Source of the DNA: Candidatus Wolfebacteria bacterium
GTDB lineage: Bacteria; Patescibacteriota; Minisyncoccia; Phycocordibacterales; EsbW-18
Direction of reading: 5' to 3'
NCBI GenBank assembly: GCA_022616195.1
Contig: JAKEFG010000001.1
Span: 1-58,843, forward strand
Length of the DNA stretch: 58,843 nt
The position numbers were made by a program, and so were the translations under genes. Positions 49,734 through 57,204 of the stretch are shown here, piece by piece. Numbering within the stretch: position 1 is the first letter of the stretch; each line of letters starts with the position of its first letter. The notes under the pieces were generated by a model. That model saw only the letters and a program-made list of their open reading frames with translations, had not been told where the DNA came from and made no database searches.

Positions 49734-50327
49734 ATGGAGAGGCAACAGACACCTCGCCACCAATCTGCGTGGCGTGTTGTACTCCAAGTCGTTGCTGTTG
49801 GAGGACTTTTTGTCGTTGCGGTGTGGCTTGGCGGCGTTGCCGAAGAGAGTTCGTTGGTGCGGGAGGCGGTGTCACAATTCGGCTATGTCGGCATACTCAT
49901 CGTGTCAGTTGCAAGCGGGTTCAACCTCGCATTCCCGGTGCCGGTTGTTGCATTTCTACCGCTCTTTCTCGGTTCAGGGTTCAACTTCTGGACAACACTT
50001 GTGGTAGTGACACTCGGTATGACACTCGGTGACAGTTTAGGGTTTCTCGTCGGCGCTGCTGGACGCCGTGTAGTGGAAGCGGGTCGGCGGAACGACGAAC
50101 GCATCCTCGCGTGGTTTGAGATGGCGCACAAAAAGTTTCCGCGCGGCGCGTATGTGTTGCTTTTTCTCTACGCCGCCTTCGTGCCCGCACCCAACGAACT
50201 CATTGTTATTCCAATGTCGTTTGCGGGGTATCGCTTCCGATTTATGATTCCCATTGTGCTTGTGGGGAATTTTCTTTTCAATACGCTCTCGGCGCTGGGC
50301 ATTCTCGGCGCGGTACGGTTGTTTTGA
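49734..50327 (+). CDS. VTT/DedA-like membrane protein
   Basis: FGYVGILIVS..PVP..GMTLGDSLGFLVG..PAPNELIVIP..Y. Confidence 0.78.
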   Translation: MERQQTPRHQSAWRVVLQVVAVGGLFVVAVWLGGVAEESSLVREAVSQFGYVGILIVSVASGFNLAFPVPVVAFLPLFLGSGFNFWTTLVVVTLGMTLGDSLGFLVGAAGRRVVEAGRRNDERILAWFEMAHKKFPRGAYVLLFLYAAFVPAPNELIVIPMSFAGYRFRFMIPIVLVGNFLFNTLSALGILGAVRLF

Positions 50328-50541
50328 CGTATCATTGGTGATACCTTGGGTGCCAGATGTAAATGTAAACCCGACTGACTGAAGAGGAGTAAAACACGGT
50401 GACAGCAATCAGCTTCATGGCAGATCGCGCAGGGGTTCGCTCTCTCGGCTTCACGGCGTCTGCTCTCGTTATGGACTTTGGACAAGCGGCACGACGGCGC
50501 GAGTTGCGCAGTGAGCCACCCACAATGCTATCATTGAACAT

Positions 50542-51324
50542 ATGCAGTTGGTGTCATGGAATGTCAACGGCCTCCGGGCTCTCCACAGTCAGGGCTACTG
50601 GGAATGGTTTGAGAAAAACAAACCGGATGTTTTCTGCCTGCAGGAAATAAAGGCGGAGGAACAGCAACTGCCGCCTGAAGTGCAGAGACCGGAAGGTTAC
50701 TCTGCGTATTTCAACTCTTCCCGAGGGCGTAAAGGGTACAGCGGTGTTGCGACATACACTAAAACAGAGCCGAAAGGAGTTCAGTACGATGTACTTCCGG
50801 AAAAGTTCAATACCGAAGGGCGCCTCATAGAAACGCGGTTCAAGGATTTTGTGTTGCTCAACGTCTACTTCCCGATGGGTGGTCGCGGCAATGGTCCCGA
50901 AGCAGACCGGGTGAAATTTAAATTGGAATTTTATGATGCATTTTTGGAGCATATTGAAGACCTACGCTCGCAGGGGGACTCCGTTGTTTTTTGCGGTGAC
51001 GTCAACACCGCCCACGAAGAGATTGACATTGCCCGTGCCAAGGAGAACGCGGACCATACAGGGTTTCTTCCCGAGGAGCGCGCCTGGATTGATGAACTTA
51101 TTTCCGCGGGATACATTGACACATTCAGACATTTTCATCCTAACAAGCGCGAGGCGTATACATACTGGGACGTGGTGACTAGATCCCGCGACAGAAATAT
51201 CGGCTGGCGCATTGACTATTTTTTCGTGAGTCCTGACCTTGTGCCGAAGGTTAAAAAGTCAGAAATTCTTTCGGATGTCTACGGCTCCGACCACTGCCCG
51301 ATTGTTCTTGAGCTTGATTTGTAA
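50542..51324 (+). CDS. xth: Exodeoxyribonuclease III
   Basis: SWNVNGLRA, CLQEIK, GYSGVA, GDVNTAH, GWRIDY, SDHCP. Confidence 0.97.
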   Translation: MQLVSWNVNGLRALHSQGYWEWFEKNKPDVFCLQEIKAEEQQLPPEVQRPEGYSAYFNSSRGRKGYSGVATYTKTEPKGVQYDVLPEKFNTEGRLIETRFKDFVLLNVYFPMGGRGNGPEADRVKFKLEFYDAFLEHIEDLRSQGDSVVFCGDVNTAHEEIDIARAKENADHTGFLPEERAWIDELISAGYIDTFRHFHPNKREAYTYWDVVTRSRDRNIGWRIDYFFVSPDLVPKVKKSEILSDVYGSDHCPIVLELDL

Positions 51325-51864
51325 AGGACAGTTGTCCACACCAATGTCCTTTACAAAAAAGACATGTCCTTTAGAATTATCCCAGGATCGCGGGGGCCAC
51401 GATGTCCTTTAGGAATCTCCAGAAGGACACATCCCGCTCTGCGGGAAACAACAAAATAAAACCCCACAAACTACTCTAGGTGGCTCCCACGGAAGTGGTT
51501 CTTTGAGAGTCTCGAGACTCGAAAAGATCGTCTGGGAGTTGCTATCCAGGGCTACACACTCTCTCAAACACACAAAAACCTTAAAACTTTAGGTTTGTGT
51601 GCCTGGATGGACAGCTTTCTGGACACTTCTTTTCCCCACTGTGTCCGCCCAGTGAAAAAAGTGAGGCGGTAAACCGCCTTGTTACACGTGAAACCTCCAC
51701 CCACGAGTAGCTCCGGCGGTTTTTGCATTTGGGGTTGTTTCACAGGAAACATCTCAAGGCGGGCAAATGCTTACTGACAACGTAGAGCGAGAGAAGCGAG
51801 CTCCAGTACACAGGGCTTGGTTCCACTGAGGTCACCACCGAAGTGCCCCGTGGTTACATACCCT

Positions 51865-53394
51865 TTACTCAACCCAGTGTTTCCCGCGTATTTTCTTCAC
51901 CTCTTTTTCCTCTTCCTCCTCGCGACGTTCCTCACCGGCTTTCCCAAGTTTTCTAAGCTCGTTGTCGGAAAGTTTTATGAGTTCCAGAGTCCTTTTTTCA
52001 AGGTATTCGGGCGTGTTGTTGGCCGGGTCATCCAGGATCTCCTCAAGGAGCGCATGGAGAATCCACCCCACTCGCGGTCCGGGTGTTTCATGTGTAACCT
52101 CCATAATCCGTGAACCGTCAATTTTAAGCATTCCCACCGAGACGGGGTCTCTGCTCACTTCTTCAATCATCGCCTGGTATTTCCGAAATCGATAGGGTTT
52201 TTCCTTGGGGCGTCCTGTGCCGATACGATCGGCCACACGGAGATTCATGAGGTCTGAAACGTTCTCATACCCGACGTTTCGCATGAGACGTCGGACAGCG
52301 GAGTGGGTTATTTGCTCGGTGTCAGAGAAGAACATGTGCCAGCGGACGAGCTTATATACCTTGTCTATGACGGCGCTGGCGAATTTAAGCCGCTGTAGAG
52401 CCGTTTTGGCGATTCTTGCACCCGCAACCTCATGCCCGTGGAACGACCAGTCGTTTTTCTTATCCTCCCAAGCTCGTGCCTTTGGTTTTGCGCTGTCGTG
52501 AAATAGTGCCGCAAGGCGAACCTCAAGCTCCCACTTCTTGTCAGCCGTTGCCTGAAGTGTGCGCAAACCATGTTCCCAGACGGTATACGAGTGCGCCTGG
52601 TTTTGTTCTACCCCGATTCCCCACTCAATTTCGGGAAGAATGTAGTGCAGAAGTCCTAATTCATGGGCGAGTTCGAGGCCGGATTTTGGGTTATCCGACA
52701 TAATAATCTTCACAAACTCATCCCGGACACGTTCTTTGGCCACTGCGTCTATGTTTTGGGCCATTTTTTTGATTGCTTCTCCTGTTTCACGGGAAACAGT
52801 AAACCCAAGCTCGGTTGCTAAGCGGACGGCACGGAGTATACGCAAAGCATCTTCGCCAAATCTGTCTTCCGGTCTTCCCACCGTTCGTATGGTTTTGTCC
52901 TTTATGTCCTTTATGCCGCCAAAGAGGTCAACCAAATGTCCTTTAGGGCTGTCCTTTTCGGTGCTGAACCCGTCAATGTCCTTTGCTCCCACAGGGAGTC
53001 CGAGCGCGACGGCGTTTATGGTAAAATCACGTCGCTTGAGATCGTCCTCAAGCTTTGAGCTGAACGAGACGTTATCTGGATGTCTGCTATCGGAGTACGT
53101 TGATTCAAGCCGGTATGTCGTTACCTCTATGGTTTTGAGGGTTGGGTCGTTCGTGTTGTCGTTGACGACTCCCACGGTCCCGAACTCGTTTTCGTAGAAA
53201 GCATGTTCAAAAAGCCCCTGAATTTGTTCAGGTCGTGCGTTCGTGGTGATGTCCCAGTCCTTTGGTTTTTCCCCGCGCAAAAGGTCCCGGACGCATCCGC
53301 CGACAAGATATGCCTCAAAACCGGCATTTTGAAGGGTGTCAGAGACCAGGCGTACCTCTTCAAAAATCTTTATTTTTTGGGTGTTTTTTGGCAC
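51865..53394 (-). CDS. cca: CCA-adding tRNA nucleotidyltransferase with HD domain
   Basis: YLVGGCVRD, DWD, RRDFTINA, EDALRILRAVR, ERVRDE, FHDSAK. GTG start chosen because a longer ORF would overlap a tRNA. Confidence 0.93.
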   Translation of the reverse strand: MPKNTQKIKIFEEVRLVSDTLQNAGFEAYLVGGCVRDLLRGEKPKDWDITTNARPEQIQGLFEHAFYENEFGTVGVVNDNTNDPTLKTIEVTTYRLESTYSDSRHPDNVSFSSKLEDDLKRRDFTINAVALGLPVGAKDIDGFSTEKDSPKGHLVDLFGGIKDIKDKTIRTVGRPEDRFGEDALRILRAVRLATELGFTVSRETGEAIKKMAQNIDAVAKERVRDEFVKIIMSDNPKSGLELAHELGLLHYILPEIEWGIGVEQNQAHSYTVWEHGLRTLQATADKKWELEVRLAALFHDSAKPKARAWEDKKNDWSFHGHEVAGARIAKTALQRLKFASAVIDKVYKLVRWHMFFSDTEQITHSAVRRLMRNVGYENVSDLMNLRVADRIGTGRPKEKPYRFRKYQAMIEEVSRDPVSVGMLKIDGSRIMEVTHETPGPRVGWILHALLEEILDDPANNTPEYLEKRTLELIKLSDNELRKLGKAGEERREEEEEKEVKKIRGKHWVE

Positions 53395-53453
53395 AGATGC
53401 ATTGTAGAACACCTTTTGCCTGCGGTCTATTTTGACGCTATGATGGTGTGTTC

Positions 53454-53525
53454 GCTCCCGTGGTGAAACGGATATCATATCTGCCTTCGAAGCAGCAGTT
53501 CCAGGTTCGAATCCTGGCGGGAGCA
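53454..53525 (+). tRNA. tRNA-Arg(TCG)
   Basis: GCTCCCG/CGGGAGC acceptor stem; anticodon loop CTTCGAA; GTTCGAATC T-loop. Confidence 0.88.
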
Positions 53526-53570
53526 CACTAGAAAGTCGAGAGTGCTCGTGTATAATTACTCACGCTTCAA

Positions 53571-53644
53571 GCGGGCATGGTTTAGTGGTAGAACACGTCC
53601 TTGCCAAGGACGAGACGGGAGTTCGATTCTCCCTGCCCGCACCA
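53571..53644 (+). tRNA. tRNA-Gly(GCC)
   Basis: GCGGGCA/TGCCCGC stem, loop TTGCCAA, encoded CCA. Confidence 0.95.
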
Positions 53645-53762
53645 ACGAGGGATTTTTGTTTGTGTCCTTTTAATAATCCCCAAACTATGGGAACAAAGCG
53701 ACAAAAACACAAAATATTGGGGATAACTCTGTGAGTATGTGTAAAAGACATGTCCGTTAGAA

Positions 53763-53804
53763 ACTAAAAACTAAGGACTAAAAACTAAGGACTAAAAACT
53801 TAAA
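53763..53804 (+). repeat. Six tandem heptamers, ACTAAAA/ACTAAGG
   Basis: ACTAAAA ACTAAGG ACTAAAA ACTAAGG ACTAAAA ACTTAAA. Confidence 0.85.
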
Positions 53805-53874
53805 ACACTCTTACACAGAGCCATATTTGTCAAAAAGACGTCCTTTATGTGTTAATTGTTTCATGTGAAACGTT

Positions 53875-54282
53875 ATGAGGACTGAAAAGAGGTTTATCGG
53901 AGACATTGGGGAGGAGGTTGCCTGTCGGTTTCTCAAGAAAAAAGGGTATAACATCATTGAGCGGAACTATCTCAAAAAATGGGGTGAGATTGACATTATT
54001 GCACGCAAGTCGGGCGAACTACACTTTGTTGAGGTAAAAACGGTGCAGTCAAAAGTTGAAAGTTCAAAGTCCAAGAATGTTTCACAGGAAACGGAAGGGT
54101 ACCGCCCGGAGGAAAACGTGCACCCGGCAAAGCTCAAGCGTCTCGCCCGAACCGTGGAGACCTATCTATTGGACAAAGGCGTATCGGACAGTGTGCCGTG
54201 GCAAATTGATGTGGTAACTGTTCTCTTGGATCTAAAGGACAAAAAGGCGAAGGTGGATATGCTTGAAAATGTTATTTTGTGA
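53875..54282 (+). CDS. yraN: YraN (UPF0102) endonuclease-like protein
   Basis: GDIGEEVA..GYNIIERN..GEIDIIA..HFVEVKT. Confidence 0.92.
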   Translation: MRTEKRFIGDIGEEVACRFLKKKGYNIIERNYLKKWGEIDIIARKSGELHFVEVKTVQSKVESSKSKNVSQETEGYRPEENVHPAKLKRLARTVETYLLDKGVSDSVPWQIDVVTVLLDLKDKKAKVDMLENVIL

Positions 54283-54355
54283 TGAAAAAGAAAAGAACCC
54301 GTTTTACGTCCCCCGCCGTGGCGGGGTGGGTTCGTGACAGGGTTACTGGCCTGGT

Positions 54356-55060
54356 TCACGGTTCTCGGACAAGGAATCGAGTTTTTCTGTACCAACCTTT
54401 TTCTTTTTGGTTGTATTCCTCGTACTGGTGTGCACCGACGGCCAGAACGGCGCCATACTCATCACCACAAACCCCCAAGAACTTTGTTGAGTTCTCTCCT
54501 TCCCACAGCGGGGCGTCGGACTCTTGCCCGGGGGCGATGATGGGCCAGTCAGAAAGGCTGACATGTATTTGGTAAAACCCAACCAACTCATGCGCTCTTG
54601 CGAGTAGGCGGCCTCTCTCGTTAGCTAGTCGCTTGAGCTCCTCCTGTGTGACGGGCCGGTTGAAGTTCCAGAATCGAAAACGCACAAGCTCCTTTCCTTG
54701 CCCGTTGCTTGGAAACATTGCGTCTAGCGAGAGATGCTGCGGAATTTTCCTTGTTGAGGTTGAGAGGCGAAGGGTTCGGCTCGCAGCGATCTTTTCCACG
54801 AGTGTGGTGTCATGGTCGATCTCTGTCTCAAAGACGTCGCTTTCGTAGTCAACACGCGGGAGCCAGCCTATGTACTCTCTGACGAATGCCCCGGCTGCGC
54901 TTTCCATGCCATCTCTTGACTGCCCCTTAAGGAGTTCTAGAAGCTCCAGTCGCCGAGCGTCGACCCCCTCCACCTTCATTGCCTCAACGAGCACCCCTCT
55001 CAACGTCTCCAACCAGAGGTCGCTTGTTTCGGGATGCTCTAGGTCAAGATACTTCTTCAT
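54356..55060 (-). CDS. Orphan hypothetical protein
   Basis: GGAGG SD before MKKYLDL; C-terminal W..KTRFLV. Confidence 0.7.
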   Translation of the reverse strand: MKKYLDLEHPETSDLWLETLRGVLVEAMKVEGVDARRLELLELLKGQSRDGMESAAGAFVREYIGWLPRVDYESDVFETEIDHDTTLVEKIAASRTLRLSTSTRKIPQHLSLDAMFPSNGQGKELVRFRFWNFNRPVTQEELKRLANERGRLLARAHELVGFYQIHVSLSDWPIIAPGQESDAPLWEGENSTKFLGVCGDEYGAVLAVGAHQYEEYNQKEKGWYRKTRFLVREP

Positions 55061-55225
55061 TGTCAACCTCCTCCCATCTTTGTTGTTTTTAGTGAGCTGA
55101 TCGAAATCCGTCATTATTTTGACACAAAATATATCTCCAGTCAAGAAATATTTTCCCACATATTGCAAATGGTAGATTTTTTGCTATAGTGTAAGCATAT
55201 AAAAAGTGTCATAAAACACAACACT

Positions 55226-55969
55226 ATGCAACAGACAAACTCCGCAATAAAAGCCCTTGGTCTCTCTGATATGGAAGCGGAAGTGTACCTTGCCGCCCTT
55301 GAGCTTGGCGAGGGAACCATGCAGGCGCTTGCAAAAAAGTCGGGAGTGAACCGTTCAACAATTTATACCTTTATTGATGAACTCAAAGAGCGGGGGTTCA
55401 TTACGGAAACGAAGCGCGGAAAACGACGGTTGTATGTTGCAACTAACCCCGAGCGTTTGGTACAAATGCAAAAAGTGCGTACTGGTGAATTGGAACGGGC
55501 ACTTCCCGAGTTGCTCGCGATCCACAATAGTGCACGTAACAAACCGAGAGTCACTTTTTATGAAGGTGTGGAGGGCATCAAAGAAATACACGCGGATATG
55601 CTGACGGCAGAACAGGAGATACAAGCATATGAGGACCTGGAGGGGTTGAAGAACAACCTCCCAGCGAGCTTTTTTGAGCAGTTTCCGAAAGAGCGTATGC
55701 GGAGGGGGATTTTATACCGCTCAATTTCTCGGGATTCAGAGACAGCTCGTGTATTTGTGAAAAATAATATTGGATTTTTACGTGAAACAAAGCTTATTAT
55801 CACGGAGCCTCTGAATATTGAGGTCAGTATCTATGGCGATAAGGTGGCACTTATGAGTCTGACATCAAATCCGCCTTTCGGCGTTTTAATTCAAGATAAA
55901 AATATCGCACAAGTGCAACGTATCATGTGGCAAGAATTGTGGAATAGGCTTGGAGAGAAAATTGGATAG
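55226..55969 (+). CDS. TrmB-family transcriptional regulator
   Basis: LGLSDMEAEVYLAALELG, HTH (NRSTIY), PRVTFYEGVEG, IYGDKVA. Confidence 0.9.
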   Translation: MQQTNSAIKALGLSDMEAEVYLAALELGEGTMQALAKKSGVNRSTIYTFIDELKERGFITETKRGKRRLYVATNPERLVQMQKVRTGELERALPELLAIHNSARNKPRVTFYEGVEGIKEIHADMLTAEQEIQAYEDLEGLKNNLPASFFEQFPKERMRRGILYRSISRDSETARVFVKNNIGFLRETKLIITEPLNIEVSIYGDKVALMSLTSNPPFGVLIQDKNIAQVQRIMWQELWNRLGEKIG

Positions 55970-56011
55970 GAAGCAAAATCTATAATAATCTGTTACAATG
56001 CCGACGAATTA

Positions 56012-56082
56012 CGGGGCGTAGTATACCGGTAGTACGCCTGCTTTGGGAGCAGGTAGACCGAGTTCGATTCTCGGCGCCCCGA
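56012..56082 (+). tRNA. tRNA-Pro(TGG)
   Basis: CGGGGCG/CGCCCCG stem, loop TTTGGGA, GTTCGATTC. Confidence 0.95.
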
Positions 56083-56160
56083 AAGAAGAAAATTTTATAA
56101 AGGTAACTTTTTTGAAAAAGAGGCTATGTAAAGAGCTTTGAAGGAAGAGAATAAAAATAC

Positions 56161-56188
56161 TTGACAAAGTTAATGTATTTGCTATAAT
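56161..56188 (+). promoter_or_regulatory. Consensus sigma70 promoter
   Basis: TTGACA-16 nt-TATAAT with extended TG. Confidence 0.82.
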
Positions 56189-56506
56189 ATTCCTAGAATT
56201 AACTAACACATCCTGATAGTTTATTCCGTCTAACCCACGGATGAGCGGGGAGCAATATCGAAAGACTGCGCTATCTGCTCATCCGTGGGTTTTACATTAA
56301 AGGGTGTGTTATAGAAGTTCTTTGAAAGCACAGGTTTCTATCCTGTCAGTTTGAGTCGCCTACAAAGCGGACAGACGAGGATGTCTCAGAGCACGGCGTT
56401 TTAAGAGTAACTAAACAAGCCGTGTTTGTAACGAGATATCTTCATCTGTCCGCTTTTTTCGTTGGCATGCCGCCAGCGAGACGACTTTTACCAAAGGAGG
56501 GAGACA

Positions 56507-57049
56507 ATGAAAAAGACGACGATGATTCTCGGTGTGTTCTTCGCTCTCATGACCGCCACTGCCTACGGGCAGGAGACGGGAGCTCGCGATGAGCGGGGGC
56601 TGCGGTTCCAGCTCAAGCCCGCGAAGTTTCAGGTTTTCGTTGGAGTCGGTGAGGTGATCATCGATGGCGACACCGTCGCCGAGACGCAGATCGGTGGTAT
56701 CGCCACGATCCACCCGATCGGCAAGAAGTTCTTCCTGCGCCCGTACCTGTCCGTTGGCACCATCGATCCTGAGAAGGCTGGTGCAGAGAGCTTTGAGGCA
56801 GTGCAGGGAGGTGCGCTCGTTGGCTACAAGGTGAGTAAGCGGTTCACTGTTCTCGCCGGCGGGTCGGTGACGATGCTGTTCCTCGACAAGGAGACGGAGT
56901 ATCGACCCACCCTGAACGTCGCCACCGCTACGACCATCAAGAAGTTCGAGAGCGGCACGCTGCAACTGCTTACGCCGATCAGCGTGAATCAAACGCCCAA
57001 CGGCGACTGGAGTACCGTTGCAGTTGTGGGCATCGGATTCGTCTTCTAG
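56507..57049 (+). CDS. Secreted beta-barrel-like orphan protein
   Basis: AAAGGAGG SD, signal peptide, amphipathic beta strands, ends VGIGFVF. Confidence 0.7.
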   Translation: MKKTTMILGVFFALMTATAYGQETGARDERGLRFQLKPAKFQVFVGVGEVIIDGDTVAETQIGGIATIHPIGKKFFLRPYLSVGTIDPEKAGAESFEAVQGGALVGYKVSKRFTVLAGGSVTMLFLDKETEYRPTLNVATATTIKKFESGTLQLLTPISVNQTPNGDWSTVAVVGIGFVF

Positions 57050-57067
57050 ACCTCGCTTCAGGGTTTC

Positions 57068-57105
57068 GCCTCATCGTACTCGACCACGGTCGAGTACGAT
57101 GAGGC
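57068..57105. terminator. 18-bp-arm inverted repeat after the beta-barrel gene
   Basis: GCCTCATCGTACTCGACC-AC-GGTCGAGTACGATGAGGC. Confidence 0.7.
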
Positions 57106-57204
57106 ACATTCTTGAGCTTCGAAAATTAATTTGGGAGCTCAAAGATGTTTACTAACAACAGTCACCACGATATGCAATTTTAGAATGGTATACTTTGTGG
57201 TGTT

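Larger units (their letters stand above)
51680..54093. promoter_or_regulatory. parS cluster (six sites)
   Basis: Near matches to TGTTTCACGTGAAACA at 51680, 51736, 52084, 52783, 53857 and 54078; a weaker one at 55774. Confidence 0.88.
51323..54241. repeat. Dispersed TGTCCTTT/AAAGGACA octamer cluster
   Basis: Exact copies start at 51323, 51345, 51365, 51403, 52896, 52905, 52937, 52950, 52977, 53663 and 54234. Confidence 0.85.

Noticed and set aside
50168-50541. Small Cys-rich ORF (CAICHEADCC) on the minus strand
   Set aside because: TTG start, overlaps the DedA-like gene, no recognisable family; cannot be supported.
53395-53526. N-terminal extensions of cca (likewise rpsO to 46519, tyrS to 6970)
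   Set aside because: They overlap a tRNA or neighbouring genes; downstream starts follow clear -10 elements.
53763-53804. CRISPR array
   Set aside because: Units are 7 nt with no spacers; no cas genes, and no 25-40 nt spaced repeats noticed anywhere.
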